Assembly: GCA_947628815.1 (NCBI GenBank)
Contig: CANRBJ010000004.1
Coordinates: forward strand, 28,355-92,354
DNA: 64,000 nt
Origin: an uncultured Clostridia bacterium
Lineage (GTDB): Bacteria > Bacillota > Clostridia > TANB77 > CAG-508
Reading direction: 5' to 3'
The position numbers were made by a program, and so were the translations under genes. Shown piece after piece: positions 32,029 through 43,900 of the stretch (position 1 is its first letter; the number at the start of each line of letters is the position of its first letter). The notes beneath the pieces are model-generated. The model was not told the origin of the DNA, searched no databases, and saw only the letters and a list, made by a program, of their open reading frames with translations.

Positions 32029-34236
32029 CTAGTTAGATAAAGTGATTTTTACAACAGTTCCTTGTTCAACTGAAGTATCACTCGCTGGTTCTTGTTTTGT
32101 AACTGTTCCAGAATTTCCTTCTATAGTTATATTTAAGTTTTTCGATTTTAAAGAATTCTCAGCCTGAGCCGCAGTCATACCTTCTAAATTAGGAACAGTA
32201 GTCGAAGTTCTAACATTATTTTCTGCTGTATATAACATAACAAGAGAATCATCTACTAACTTTGTTCCAGCTTTAGGAACTTGGTCTGTTACTAAAATTT
32301 CATTCTTGTTTCCATTTAAAGTAAAGTTGTAGCGAAAACCTGCAGCATCTAAAATTTTACCTGCTTCTGTTACGGTTTTATTTTTTACGTTAGGCACAGT
32401 TTTTAAAGTATCTGAAGAAGTTCCAATTTCAACCTCATCTGGTGAAATGCCAAGATAAGGTAATACTTCAGACAAGATATTCGAAACAACAGGGCCTGCT
32501 ACAGTTCCACCGTGGTAGTTTTTAACTTGTGGATCATATAGTGCTACAAGAACAACTAATTCAGGATTTTCAGCAGGTGAAACAGCTATAAAAGATGCAA
32601 CATATCCAAAATCTTCATCCTCAACAGGAGGTTCAGATGTTCCAGTTTTTCCTCCTACAGAATATCCAGTAACAGCACCAGGATTACCCGTACCATCAGT
32701 AACAACAGATTCCATCATATCAAGCATTTTTTCAGCAGTTTCAGATGAAATTACTTGACGTACTTCTTCTGCATCAATATTAGTAACAGCATTTGTATCT
32801 GTATTTATAATCTCTTTTACAATTCTAGGTTTCATTAAAATACCATCATTAGCAATAGAAGAAATAGCAGTTATAAGTTGAATAGGTGTTACTTTAATAC
32901 GTTGACCAAATGCCATTGTTGCAAGTTCAGTTGGGCCAACTTTATCTTCTTGATGAAAATCACTATTTATTTCTTCTGGTAATCCAATTCCTGTTTTTGA
33001 AAATAAACCATAGGCTTGGTAGTATTTATATAAATTACGCGTACCAATTTTTCTAGCAAGTTGCATCATCCCTGGGTTACAAGAATTTTCTAATACTTGC
33101 CTTAGGGTTTGTGTTCCATGAGCGGTGTTAGACCAACAACGAATTTTTTTATCAGCAACCATTTCAAACCCTAGACAACTAAATTCATTAGCAACATCTG
33201 TTTTTGTAATATTTTCTTCTAAAGCAACTGAAGCATTAATTAATTTAAAAGTAGAACCAGGTTCATAACGGCTTGAAACCATAATGTTTCTATACATTTC
33301 TGTTTTATCACTAGAACTTAAAGAATCCCAACGGTTAATCCAGTAAGAGGCTGTTGGTGTAAAAGGTGTATTTAAGTCATAGTCTGGATATTGTGCCATT
33401 GCTAAAATGTCGCCAGTACTAGGTTTCATAATAATAACATTTCCATTACGAGCGTTATTTTTTTCTACTGCCTCTTTTAAATATTTTTCAGCAATTGATT
33501 GAATATTTGCATCAATTGTAAGTACTACATTATTACCATTTTCTGCTTCAATATGTTGACCTTCTTCATCTGAAATTTCATCTTTATTAACATCGGTAGA
33601 TGTAACAATTTTTCCAGGAGTACCTGTAAGATAAGAGTTATAACTTCTTTCAATACCATAAATACCTTGGTTATCACTATTACAAAAGCCAATAACATAT
33701 GCTGCTAAATTGTTATAAGGATAGTATCTTTTTGTATCTTCATCTATATTAATACCAGTTGATATTTCATTATCTTTCATCCATTTTTTTAAAGCATCAA
33801 TTTTATCTTGCTCCACTTTTTTTGCAATAGTTTGAACACTAGAATCGCTATTTAGTTTTGCTAAAGTTTCTTCATAATCTAGTTCAAAAATTTCAGAAAA
33901 TGCTTTAGCAATCTTTTCTTTTTTTGCCCTTGTAAGTTCTACTGTTTTATCTTTAATTTTAGTAGGATTAATTGAAACAGTATCAACTTTTGCACTAATA
34001 GCTAAACTTTTTCCATTAGTATCTAAAATATTTCCCCTTTTTGCACTAATTAACTTACTAACAGTTTGTTGCTTAAAAGCTTTTTCTTTTAATTCAGCGC
34101 CTTGTACAAACTGCAAAAATCCAAGTCTTATCATTAAGCAAAAAAGTAAAAAAAACATAAATATCATTGTATAACGAAGCCTTTTTGTGGTTACAGTATT
34201 AGAAGGCTTTTTTACTTTTTTATTTTTCTTATTCAT
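32029..34236 (-). CDS. Class B penicillin-binding protein with two PASTA domains (SpoVD/FtsI family)
   Basis: EPGSTFK, SCN, GKTGT, PASTA repeats. Confidence 0.92.
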   Translation of the reverse strand: MNKKNKKVKKPSNTVTTKRLRYTMIFMFFLLFCLMIRLGFLQFVQGAELKEKAFKQQTVSKLISAKRGNILDTNGKSLAISAKVDTVSINPTKIKDKTVELTRAKKEKIAKAFSEIFELDYEETLAKLNSDSSVQTIAKKVEQDKIDALKKWMKDNEISTGINIDEDTKRYYPYNNLAAYVIGFCNSDNQGIYGIERSYNSYLTGTPGKIVTSTDVNKDEISDEEGQHIEAENGNNVVLTIDANIQSIAEKYLKEAVEKNNARNGNVIIMKPSTGDILAMAQYPDYDLNTPFTPTASYWINRWDSLSSSDKTEMYRNIMVSSRYEPGSTFKLINASVALEENITKTDVANEFSCLGFEMVADKKIRCWSNTAHGTQTLRQVLENSCNPGMMQLARKIGTRNLYKYYQAYGLFSKTGIGLPEEINSDFHQEDKVGPTELATMAFGQRIKVTPIQLITAISSIANDGILMKPRIVKEIINTDTNAVTNIDAEEVRQVISSETAEKMLDMMESVVTDGTGNPGAVTGYSVGGKTGTSEPPVEDEDFGYVASFIAVSPAENPELVVLVALYDPQVKNYHGGTVAGPVVSNILSEVLPYLGISPDEVEIGTSSDTLKTVPNVKNKTVTEAGKILDAAGFRYNFTLNGNKNEILVTDQVPKAGTKLVDDSLVMLYTAENNVRTSTTVPNLEGMTAAQAENSLKSKNLNITIEGNSGTVTKQEPASDTSVEQGTVVKITLSN

Positions 34237-34395
34237 AGTATCACCATTTTTCTTTTGAAATTATTGTCAAAAACATTGTATCTTAAATGATGAGAAAAAT
34301 CAATAAAAGTAAAAAAATATCGAAATCTTTTTGTTGACAAAAGTAAAACTTACTATATAATAGTATGTGAAAATTAAAGATAAAGGAGGTCTATT

Positions 34396-36999
34396 ATGGC
34401 TCAAGAAGTAACAAACGAGGAACAAGAAAAAATTAAGAAAATGATTGATGACTTAGTACAAAGAGCAAAAGTTGCATCAATGGAATATAAAAAATTAGAT
34501 CAAGATACAGTAAATAATATAATAAAAAAGATGTCAATGGCAGGACTTGAAAATCATATGAAGCTTGCAAAAATGGCTGTAGATGAAACTCATCGTGGAA
34601 TTTATGAGGACAAGATTACAAAGAATATGTTTGCTACAGAATATGTGTATCATAGCATAAAATATGATAAAACAGTTGGAGTTATTAATGAAAATGTGGA
34701 AGAGGGGTATGTAGAAATTGCAGAACCAGTTGGGATAATTGCAGGAGTAACACCAGTAACTAATCCTACATCTACTACTATGTTTAAATCATTAATATCT
34801 GCTAAAACTAGAAATGTAATTATATTTGGTTTTCACCCATCTTCACAAAAATGTAGTGTAGAAGCAGCTCGTATTCTTAGAGATGCTGCAATTAGTGCAG
34901 GTGCACCAAAAGATTGTATTTTATGGATTGAAGAACCATCTATTACAGCAACTAATCTTTTAATGAATCATCCAGATGTAAACTTAATTCTTGCAACTGG
35001 AGGAACAGGAATGGTAAGAGCTGCATATTCATGTGGAAAGCCAGCATTAGGAGTAGGCCCTGGAAATGTACCTTGCTATATAGATAAAACTGCCAAATTA
35101 AAAACATCAGTAAATGATTTAGTAATGTCAAAATCATTTGATAATGGAATGATATGTGCTTCAGAACAAGCAGCTATTGTAGATAGAGAAATTCATGATG
35201 AATTTGAGAAACTTATGAAAGAAGCAGGATGCTATTTTCTAAATGAAGAGGAAAGAGAAAAACTAAAGGAAAGTATGTTTGATAAGGAAAAAGGATATAC
35301 TTTAAATTCGCATGTTGTAGGTCAAAGTCCATATGATATTGCAAAACAAGCAGGAATTGAAGTGCCAACTGATACTAAAGTTTTAGTAGTATATGAAGAA
35401 GGAGTTGGAGTAGATTATCCATTCTCAAGAGAAAAGCTTAGTCCAGTATTAACATACTATATTGTAGATTCTAAAGAAGAAGGAATCGAAAAAGCAGAAC
35501 AACTATTAAGATTTGGAGGACTTGGACATTCAGCAGTTATACATTCAGAAGATGATGATACAATTCTAGAATTTTCAAATCATATGCAAGCAGGAAGAAT
35601 TATTGTAAATTCTCCATCAACTCATGGAGCAATTGGTGATATTTATAATACCAATATGCCATCACTTACACTTGGATGTGGAACATTTGGAGGAAATTCA
35701 ACAACATCAAATGTATCAAGTGTAAACTTAATTAATATAAAAAGAGTTGCAAAAAGGAGGGTTAATATGCAATGGTTTAAAGTTCCAGAAAAAATATATT
35801 TTGAAGCAGGTTCAATTGCTTACTTAGAAAAAATGCCAGATATAAAAAGGGCATTTATAGTAACAGATGAATCTATGGTAAAATTAGGATATGTAGATAA
35901 AATTTTATATCATTTAAGAAATAGAAGAGAATATGTTCACTCAGAAATATTTGCAGAAGTAGAACCAGATCCATCATTCGATACAATAAAAAGAGGAGTA
36001 AAACAAATTGAGAACTTCAAACCAGATGTAATTATTGCAATTGGTGGAGGAAGCGCAATAGATGCTGCAAAAGGAATGTGGCTATTTTATGAACATCCAG
36101 ATGCTGATGTAGAAGGTTTAAAACTAAAATTTATGGATATACGTAAACGTACCTATAAATTTCCAAAATTAGGAGAAAAAGCAAAAATGGTTGCAATACC
36201 AACAACATCTGGAACAGGTTCAGAAGTTACATCCTTTGCAGTTATTACAGACAAAACACAAAATAAAAAATATCCACTAGCAGATTATGAATTAACACCA
36301 GATGTTGCAATCATAGATCCAGACTTAGTTATGACTTTACCAAAAAGAATTACAGCAGATACAGGAATGGATGTTTTAACACATGCAATAGAAGCGTATG
36401 TATCAAACTTAGCATCAGACTACACAGATGCTCTTTCAGAAAAAGCAGTAGAACTTGTCTTAAATAATTTACCTATAGCATATGAAAATGGTTCAGATAA
36501 AACAGCAAGAGAAAGAATGCATAATGCAAGTTGTATAGCAGGTATGGCATTTACAAACGCATTTTTAGGAGTTAACCACTCTATTGCACATAAAATAGGA
36601 GGAGAATTCCATGTACCACATGGTAGAGCAAATGCAATTTTATTACCATATGTTATAAAATACAATGCTACAAGACCAACAAAATTTGTATCATTCCCAA
36701 AATACGAATACTTTATAGCAGATGAAAAATATGCACGCCTTGCTCGTAAAAATGGAATGCCTGCTGCTACAAACGAAGAGGGAGTAAATTCTCTAATTCA
36801 AGCAGTAAAAGACTTAAACAAAAAACTAGAAATGCCAACAAGTTTCAAAGAAGCAGGAATAAATGAACAAGAATTTCTAGCAAAAGTAGATGATTTAGCA
36901 GATAAAGCTTTTGAAGACCAATGTACAACAGCAAACCCAAGAGTACCACTTGTAGAAGAAATAAAACAAATATTACTAGATGCTTACTATGGAGCATAG
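34396..36999 (+). CDS. adhE: Bifunctional acetaldehyde-CoA/alcohol dehydrogenase
   Basis: [28 protein letters not shown]. Confidence 0.96.
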   Translation: MAQEVTNEEQEKIKKMIDDLVQRAKVASMEYKKLDQDTVNNIIKKMSMAGLENHMKLAKMAVDETHRGIYEDKITKNMFATEYVYHSIKYDKTVGVINENVEEGYVEIAEPVGIIAGVTPVTNPTSTTMFKSLISAKTRNVIIFGFHPSSQKCSVEAARILRDAAISAGAPKDCILWIEEPSITATNLLMNHPDVNLILATGGTGMVRAAYSCGKPALGVGPGNVPCYIDKTAKLKTSVNDLVMSKSFDNGMICASEQAAIVDREIHDEFEKLMKEAGCYFLNEEEREKLKESMFDKEKGYTLNSHVVGQSPYDIAKQAGIEVPTDTKVLVVYEEGVGVDYPFSREKLSPVLTYYIVDSKEEGIEKAEQLLRFGGLGHSAVIHSEDDDTILEFSNHMQAGRIIVNSPSTHGAIGDIYNTNMPSLTLGCGTFGGNSTTSNVSSVNLINIKRVAKRRVNMQWFKVPEKIYFEAGSIAYLEKMPDIKRAFIVTDESMVKLGYVDKILYHLRNRREYVHSEIFAEVEPDPSFDTIKRGVKQIENFKPDVIIAIGGGSAIDAAKGMWLFYEHPDADVEGLKLKFMDIRKRTYKFPKLGEKAKMVAIPTTSGTGSEVTSFAVITDKTQNKKYPLADYELTPDVAIIDPDLVMTLPKRITADTGMDVLTHAIEAYVSNLASDYTDALSEKAVELVLNNLPIAYENGSDKTARERMHNASCIAGMAFTNAFLGVNHSIAHKIGGEFHVPHGRANAILLPYVIKYNATRPTKFVSFPKYEYFIADEKYARLARKNGMPAATNEEGVNSLIQAVKDLNKKLEMPTSFKEAGINEQEFLAKVDDLADKAFEDQCTTANPRVPLVEEIKQILLDAYYGA

Positions 37000-37146
37000 G
37001 AAACCGAAAACAAAAATTTCAGTGAAATATCACTGAAATTTTTGTTACCAATTAATGGGCTTTGATTAAATAAATTCTTCAATATTATAGACATATAACT
37101 AACATTATAGTAAAATAGTTTCATATTTGTTTTTAGGAGGATTTGT

Positions 37147-37644
37147 ATGTTTGAAAGTATTATATTTAAATATTTAGCAACTTTAATAATTAGTATGACA
37201 CCAATTATTGAATTAAGAGGTGCTATTCCAATAGCTGTTATGGCATTTCACCTTACATATATTGAAGCATTTATAATAAGTCTAATTGGAAATATAATTC
37301 CAATCTACTTTATTGTAAAATATATTAGACCTTTATTTGATTTTTTTGGAAGATTCAAAATTTTTAAAGTAATTATTGATTGGGCAACCGAACGTGCTAC
37401 TAAAAAAATTGCAGAAAGTAAAAAACTACAAAATTTTACAGCACTTGGATTATTTTTATTTGTTGCTATCCCAATACCAGGAACAGGTGCATGGGTAGGT
37501 TCTCTAATTGCAAACTTTTTAGACTTACCACTAAAAAAAGCATTTCCACCACTTGCCTTAGGTGTTTTTACAGCAGGTATAATTATGCTAACAGGAACTG
37601 CTATTGCAAATGGCGGTATACAAATATTGTTGCAACATGTATAA
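37147..37644 (+). CDS. Small multidrug export family membrane protein
   Basis: PIIELRGAIP, FVAIPIPGTGAW. Confidence 0.85.
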   Translation: MFESIIFKYLATLIISMTPIIELRGAIPIAVMAFHLTYIEAFIISLIGNIIPIYFIVKYIRPLFDFFGRFKIFKVIIDWATERATKKIAESKKLQNFTALGLFLFVAIPIPGTGAWVGSLIANFLDLPLKKAFPPLALGVFTAGIIMLTGTAIANGGIQILLQHV

Positions 37645-37701
37645 GAATAGAGAATGGGTAATAAAATAATTACCCATTCTCTATTTAAAGTGAACCTCAA
37701 T

Positions 37702-39714
37702 TTATACAATTTTAAATTCCAATATTACCTTAAACAAGTCTCCATCTAAATAAATATCAAACTTACCTTGTTGTAATTCTGTTAAAGATTTTGCAATTGA
37801 TATGCCAAGACCTGATCCTTCTGTTGTTCTTGATGCATCTCCTCTTACAAATCTTTGCATTAATTCGTCTACACTTATGTTTAATTTTTCTTTTGATATG
37901 TTTTTTAACTCAATTTTTACTATGTTATCTTGTTTTACTAAATCAATATATACTCTTGAATTTTCTAAAGCGTATTTTGAAATATTTACATAGATATTTT
38001 CCATCACGCGAAACATATATTTACTATCCGCTTCTATATACATTTCTTCTTCTGGTAATGTTTCTATAATTTGTAATCCTTTTTCTTTAAATTTCTCTTC
38101 AAATTCTCCACTTACTTGTTTAATTAGTTCTTTTAGGTTTAATTTTTCTATTGTTAATTTGATGTTTCCAGATGATGCCTTTGATGCTTCTACTAAGTCT
38201 TCTGTTAATTTTTTTAGTCGTTGTGATTTATTATCTAGTACCTCTAAATATTCTTTTACTTTTTCGTTTTCTATATTTTCTTGCTTCATTAAGTCTACAT
38301 AGTTAATTATTGATGTAAGTGGTGTTTTTATATCGTGTGATACATTTGTAATTAACTCTGTTTTTAATCTTTCGCTTTTCATTGCTTCTTCAATTGCATT
38401 AGATAATCCTCCTGCAATATCGTTTAGTTCATTTGAAACTTGCTTTAACTCTCCTTTTAAATCGTCCTCTTGTAGTGCTCCATCTACATCTCCTTCATAC
38501 ATTTTTTTAATTTTATTACGTAATTTTAGAAGGTCATCTAGTTTCGATACTACTACTTTACATGCAAAAATCCAAGTTAATAGTAACACAAAAATAAATA
38601 TAAAATTTCCCATAAAAATAGCTTCTATCAAGCAAAACATTTGTATAATAGTAAAACAAATAAATATGCAAATTATTTTTGCATTAGTATTAAGATTATT
38701 GCCTATTATCTCTATATTCTTCTTTATGAAGTTACTTATTTTATCAAAGAACATATAAATAACCGTATTTTTCCAAAATACTTTTGCCTTTATTCTTCTA
38801 ATAAATGTAACTAAAAATACTGCCAAAGTTGCATAAATTGCTATTCCTGTTAGTATAAAAAACAATAGACAGGCATTTATTAGATTACTATCAGTAATTT
38901 CGTAAAATAGCAAATATGTAAAATTCAATATACATGCTTCTACAAATAATAAAAATATTTCTAAAGCTGATATTATTTCAAATGGAATTTTATCTAATAT
39001 ATTTGTATAAATACCTTCTTCATCTTTTTTATGGCCTATACTAATTATGATAAAGTATACAAAAATAGCAAGTAATGCGCCACTTATTACAATGTTTGTT
39101 GGAGCATATACATATTTATCTCCTCCTACAGTTTTATACATTACATTTTGTAAATACATATCTCCATGATATTTACTTTCTAAACACGCATAAACATCGC
39201 ATTCTGTATCCTGTATTGTTATAAATCTACTGTCATACGCAATTTTATCAAATTGAAGATTACCTATATCTGTAATAACTTTATTATTTTCATAAATCCA
39301 CCAAGCTTCTTTATCTTTTATGTACGCTTTCAATTTTTCTAATGAATCTGTATTTGTCGTCTTTTCAATGTTAGTATATGCTTTACCATCTTTTGTTACA
39401 ATTAGAATTTCATAAGTTTTTGTTCCAAGCCTACATCCATATTCAATTTCCTTTTTTGCTTCTTCTAAACTTAACATATTTTTTTCATTTATTTCTTTAT
39501 TATCTGCTTTCATAATTACTGCTTGTCGAACTGCATTAAAGTATCTTTCTGAAAACATATCTGTTTCAAAATAATTTTTTGCATTTTGTGATTGACCATT
39601 AGTTTCATAGCAGTATATAATTGAAAATGCATTTACTAAAATATTAATAAATAAAATAGGTACTAGTATATAAGCAATTAGTTTTGCTATATCAGAACTT
39701 CTTATTTTCTTCAT
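37702..39714 (-). CDS. Multi-TM sensor histidine kinase
   Basis: SHDIKTPLT, NISKY, GSGLGISI. Confidence 0.93.
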   Translation of the reverse strand: MKKIRSSDIAKLIAYILVPILFINILVNAFSIIYCYETNGQSQNAKNYFETDMFSERYFNAVRQAVIMKADNKEINEKNMLSLEEAKKEIEYGCRLGTKTYEILIVTKDGKAYTNIEKTTNTDSLEKLKAYIKDKEAWWIYENNKVITDIGNLQFDKIAYDSRFITIQDTECDVYACLESKYHGDMYLQNVMYKTVGGDKYVYAPTNIVISGALLAIFVYFIIISIGHKKDEEGIYTNILDKIPFEIISALEIFLLFVEACILNFTYLLFYEITDSNLINACLLFFILTGIAIYATLAVFLVTFIRRIKAKVFWKNTVIYMFFDKISNFIKKNIEIIGNNLNTNAKIICIFICFTIIQMFCLIEAIFMGNFIFIFVLLLTWIFACKVVVSKLDDLLKLRNKIKKMYEGDVDGALQEDDLKGELKQVSNELNDIAGGLSNAIEEAMKSERLKTELITNVSHDIKTPLTSIINYVDLMKQENIENEKVKEYLEVLDNKSQRLKKLTEDLVEASKASSGNIKLTIEKLNLKELIKQVSGEFEEKFKEKGLQIIETLPEEEMYIEADSKYMFRVMENIYVNISKYALENSRVYIDLVKQDNIVKIELKNISKEKLNISVDELMQRFVRGDASRTTEGSGLGISIAKSLTELQQGKFDIYLDGDLFKVILEFKIV

Positions 39715-39727
39715 ATCATATCCCTCC

Positions 39728-40432
39728 TTACATTATATTTTCTATTTTATACCCAATTCCCCAAATAACTTTTAAGTATTTAGGTTCTTTTGGGTTAATC
39801 TCTATTTTTTCTCTTATGTGCCTTATATGAACGGCAATAATATTTTCTGCTCCATATGGTTCATCTTCCCAAACATTTTCATAAATTTGTTCTATAGAAT
39901 ATACCATTCCTTTGTTTTTAGTTAGAAATTTTAATATGTTATATTCTGTTGGTGTTAATTTAATTTTATTTCCATCTACTATTACTTCTTTGCTAGAATC
40001 ATTAATTTCTAAATTACCTGTTCTATATACATTTTCTTCTTCCTTTTTTAATGACCCAAGCATAGTATATCTTCTAATTTGTGAATTTACTCTTGCAATT
40101 AATTCGAGTGGATTAAATGGTTTTGTAACATAATCATCTGCTCCTGTGTTTAATCCATTAATTTTATCGTAGTCTTCACTCTTAGCAGATAGCATAATTA
40201 TAGGAACCCCTTTACTTTTTCGAATATTTTTTGCAACATCAATTCCATTCATTTTCGGCATCATTATATCTAAAATTATTAAATGTATTTCATTGTTTTC
40301 AATAATCTTTAGAGCTTCTCTTCCGTCATATGCTTTTAAAATGTTATAGCCTTCTTTTGTTAAATATATTTCAATTGCTTCCACAATTTCCTTATCATCA
40401 TCGCAAACTAGTATATTATACATTCTTTTCAT
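39728..40432 (-). CDS. OmpR-family response regulator
   Basis: DD, LDIMMP, KPF, VHIRHIREK, WGIGY. Confidence 0.95.
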   Translation of the reverse strand: MKRMYNILVCDDDKEIVEAIEIYLTKEGYNILKAYDGREALKIIENNEIHLIILDIMMPKMNGIDVAKNIRKSKGVPIIMLSAKSEDYDKINGLNTGADDYVTKPFNPLELIARVNSQIRRYTMLGSLKKEEENVYRTGNLEINDSSKEVIVDGNKIKLTPTEYNILKFLTKNKGMVYSIEQIYENVWEDEPYGAENIIAVHIRHIREKIEINPKEPKYLKVIWGIGYKIENIM

Positions 40433-40558
40433 CCCCTTTTTTATTATAACATCTTTCTTAGCCTATATTTTATATATCATAAAATTATTAAGAAAAAAGT
40501 ATCGAGATTATTAATTTTTCCTTAATTTGTTTCATATATTCAAATAAGGTGATTATTT

Positions 40559-42038
40559 TTGAGAAGAATAAAGGTTTTTATTTTTAACGGAATTTTGTTG
40601 ACTATTACTTCTTTTATAATGCGATTAATAGGTATGAGCTTTGGAATTTACCTTTCTAGAAAAGTTGGCGAAGAAGCTGTTGGCGTTTTTGGTTTAATTA
40701 TGTCTGTTTATATGTTTAGTATTACTATTGCTACTTCTCGGAATTAATCTTGCTACTACAAGAATTATTACAATTGATACAACATATCATCCTGAAAATG
40801 GTACAAAAAAAGCAATGCGAAAATGTTTGCAATATAGCCTTATTTTTGGAATACTTGCTGGTATTTTATTAACTATATTTACGCCTATAATTTGCTCTTA
40901 TTTTGTACATAATCAAGTATCTAAAAATTTATTTTATATAATTTCTATAAGTTTACCTTTTATATCCATGTCATCTGCATTAAATGGATATTTTACTGCT
41001 CTTAGGAAGAATGGTAAAAATGCTATTTGTAGAATTTTTGAGCAATTTGTTAAAATGATTGTAACAGCATATTTATTATCCTTTTTTATGCCAACAGGTT
41101 TAGAATATGCAAGTCTTTCATTAGTTTTAGGTGAAGCTATATCAGAAGTTTCTTCTTTTTTCTTTACTTTCTTTTTATATAAATTAGAAAAAAGAAAACA
41201 TAAAAAGAAAATTGCAAATAATACCAATTATATGAAAGCAATTTTTGAAATTACTATTCCAGTTTCCATTACTTCATATATTCGCTCTGGTCTTTCTTCT
41301 TTAAAGCAACTACTAATTCCGCTTCGTTTAGAAAAATTTGGTATGAATTGTGTAGATGCAATTTCTTCTTATGGAGTAATTAATGGAATGGCAATGCCTG
41401 TTCTTATGTTTCCTGAAGTAGTAATTAATTCTTTTAGTGGTTTGCTTGTTACAGAGTTTACTTATTACCAAACAAAACAAGACTTTATCGCAATTAGGTA
41501 CATTATTTCAAAAATTTTTAGAGTTACTTTACTATTTTCAATTGGAGTTATTGGATTGTTTTTGTTTTATTCAGATTCTATAAATTTGATGGTTTATAAC
41601 AATTTAGATATTTCTATATATTTAAAAGTTTTGTGCCCATTACTTTTATTTATGTACTTAGATAGCATAGTTGATAATATTTTAAAAGGATTAAATAAAC
41701 AAGTAGATGTTATGAAATGCAATATTCTTGATTTATTTGTGAGTATTTTTTGTATATATATACTTCTTCCTATATTTGGAATTAATGGATATTTGTTTAC
41801 CATTTTTCTTAGTGAAATTTTAAATTGTGGTATTAGTATTTTACAATTAAAACACTTTACTCACTTTAAATTTGATTTTAAAAATTGGCTTTTAAAACCA
41901 TTTATTGGAATATTTCTTTCTTATTTTATAACTGAAATAATTATTCAGAATACCTGCAATGATACTTTTTCCTTTTTACTAAAATCTATTTTTTATATTG
42001 GTTTTTATTTTTTATATTTATTATTTTGTAAATGCTAA
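40559..42038 (+). CDS. SpoVB/MurJ-like MOP(MATE) flippase, +1 frameshift at CGG 40739-40741 (492 aa joined)
   Basis: TTG start after AAGGTG; GCT ACT TCT C-GGA ATT AAT CTT restores ATSGINLA; multi-TM, EQFVK. Confidence 0.88.
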
Positions 42039-42077
42039 AAGAACTCCCAACCGCTACACGATTGGGAGTTCTTTTAT

Positions 42078-42875
42078 TTATTTTACTTCTCTTGCTTTTA
42101 CAACAAATCTTTGTGTTCCATAGTTTGTACATGTAATTAAAGTAATTTCTTTTTTTCCATTTGTTTTTTGTGAAGTACATTTTGTATCTTCTGGAGATAC
42201 TACATATGTATCATATACTTCATATGTAACTGTTCTTCCTTTTAAGTCTGTTAGTTCTACTTTATCTCCTTTGTTTATTTTAGATAGTTTTCCAAACATT
42301 TTCTTATTTTTATAGTTATGCCCTACAATAACATAGTTTCCTACTTCATTTGGATCTCCACCCCAGAATTTTACAACTGATATTTTTAATATTTCATCTA
42401 TATTTGCTTCATCTGTGTTTAGTACTGGATAATTTATTCCAAGTGATGGTATGTTTACAATTCCATCTGTTGTATATGTTGCTCCACTGTCTGTTGTATA
42501 AACTTCTGGTGAATTTTCTTCTTCACCACTTTGTTCTTCTATATTTTGTATATATTCTTCAACATCTTTTGCAAGTTTTGTAATATTAATTTCTTGTTTA
42601 TTTGCTTCTTGCTCATCTAGCATAACAATTAAAACATTATCTTCTACTCTTATTGTTGTATCATCATCTTCTTCTGGTGCAATTATATGAATGTTTGATA
42701 GTATTTCTTGTGATATTTCTTCATTTTTGTTTCTATCATATTCTGCATAAATGTAATACGAAAATAAAAGACACACTAAAAAGACTGATAAGAAAAATTT
42801 GATTTTATACATCTTCTTTTTTCTTCTCAGTTCAGGAGTTACATATAATTTTTCAGTTATTAGTATTTGATTCAT
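42078..42875 (-). CDS. Sortase
   Basis: N-terminal TM, GHNY, TLITC, R. Confidence 0.92.
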   Translation of the reverse strand: MNQILITEKLYVTPELRRKKKMYKIKFFLSVFLVCLLFSYYIYAEYDRNKNEEISQEILSNIHIIAPEEDDDTTIRVEDNVLIVMLDEQEANKQEINITKLAKDVEEYIQNIEEQSGEEENSPEVYTTDSGATYTTDGIVNIPSLGINYPVLNTDEANIDEILKISVVKFWGGDPNEVGNYVIVGHNYKNKKMFGKLSKINKGDKVELTDLKGRTVTYEVYDTYVVSPEDTKCTSQKTNGKKEITLITCTNYGTQRFVVKAREVK

Positions 42876-43042
42876 ATCTCTCTCCTTTTTCTAATACTAA
42901 TATTATTATAACATAATTTATTTACTTTTTAAATACTTTTTTACAAAAAGTTTGGGAAAATATGAAAGAAATGTAAATATACAAACTTTTGTTTACTTGT
43001 AATTTATTATATGTTATAATTTGCAAATAGAGGTGATAATTT

Positions 43043-43528
43043 ATGAATGATGAAATTCACAATAATATTAATGATATAAAAAATATATTGAATAGTATTA
43101 ATTCTACAGATGCAATTGAGTTTTCAAAATGGACTAAAGAAAAGGCAAATTTAAGATATAATGGACAACTTCCTAAATTTCCTATATACAACAATTTTAT
43201 TTATTGGTGTAATCTTGGAATAAATGTTGGAAGTGAACAAAATAAGCTAAGGCCTGTCTTGATATTAAAAACATCTAAAAATTCTCCTATATGTACTATT
43301 CTTCCATTAACAACTAAAAGATTAAATGACCAATTTTGGTTTCATATTGATATGGAAGAAATTGATTCAACAGTTTTAGTTGAGCAATTAAAAGTAGTTA
43401 GCAAATTAAGAATTACAGATCCATATAGGAAAAAAGGACAATTAGTTAGTATTTCACAAATCGATTGGAACAATATTAATTCGCAACTTGAAAGTATATA
43501 TAGGCTAAGACCATTAAAATCTAAATAA
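43043..43528 (+). CDS. PemK/MazF-fold toxin-like protein, no adjacent protein antitoxin
   Basis: WCNLGINVGSEQNKLRPVLIL, ILPLTT, EQLKVVSKLR; GAGGTG RBS. Confidence 0.85.
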   Translation: MNDEIHNNINDIKNILNSINSTDAIEFSKWTKEKANLRYNGQLPKFPIYNNFIYWCNLGINVGSEQNKLRPVLILKTSKNSPICTILPLTTKRLNDQFWFHIDMEEIDSTVLVEQLKVVSKLRITDPYRKKGQLVSISQIDWNNINSQLESIYRLRPLKSK

Positions 43529-43580
43529 AAATTTCAAATTCTACTTGACTTTCTGCCATGGGATAATTTATAATTAAATT

Positions 43581-43773
43581 AATAAAACATTAGTGTCCGT
43601 TCTGAAAAGAACGTAATCATTATAATCCGATAGTCCAAGAGACTATCGCTTTTTATTACATATAATTTATGATTTTTCATATAATATTATTACATTAGTG
43701 TCCATAGCATTTATGCTATGTTAGTCATTAGTATATTTAAGAGTGGGTATTATAAAATTTGCCCGCTCTTAAA
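43581..43773 (+). ncRNA. Candidate structured RNA(s): two ACATTAGTGTCC-hairpin-TCATTA units, each followed by a terminator-like hairpin
   Basis: Promoter TTGACT-N18-TATAAT at 43545-43574; units at 43587-43622 and 43692-43730; hairpins at 43628-43648 and about 43736-43773. Confidence 0.6.
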
Positions 43774-43900
43774 TTATAACATCAACAAGAAACTTTATAT
43801 CTATTATTTTCATTTTAATTTGCTTTAATGTTTTTATTATGTTATGATAAAATATGGTTATACTAAAATAATAAAAAATTTGCAAAAGGAGGATTAATTT

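Noticed and set aside
43587-43730. Mini CRISPR array
   Set aside because: Only two units, the variable parts are self-complementary hairpins, and there are no cas genes.
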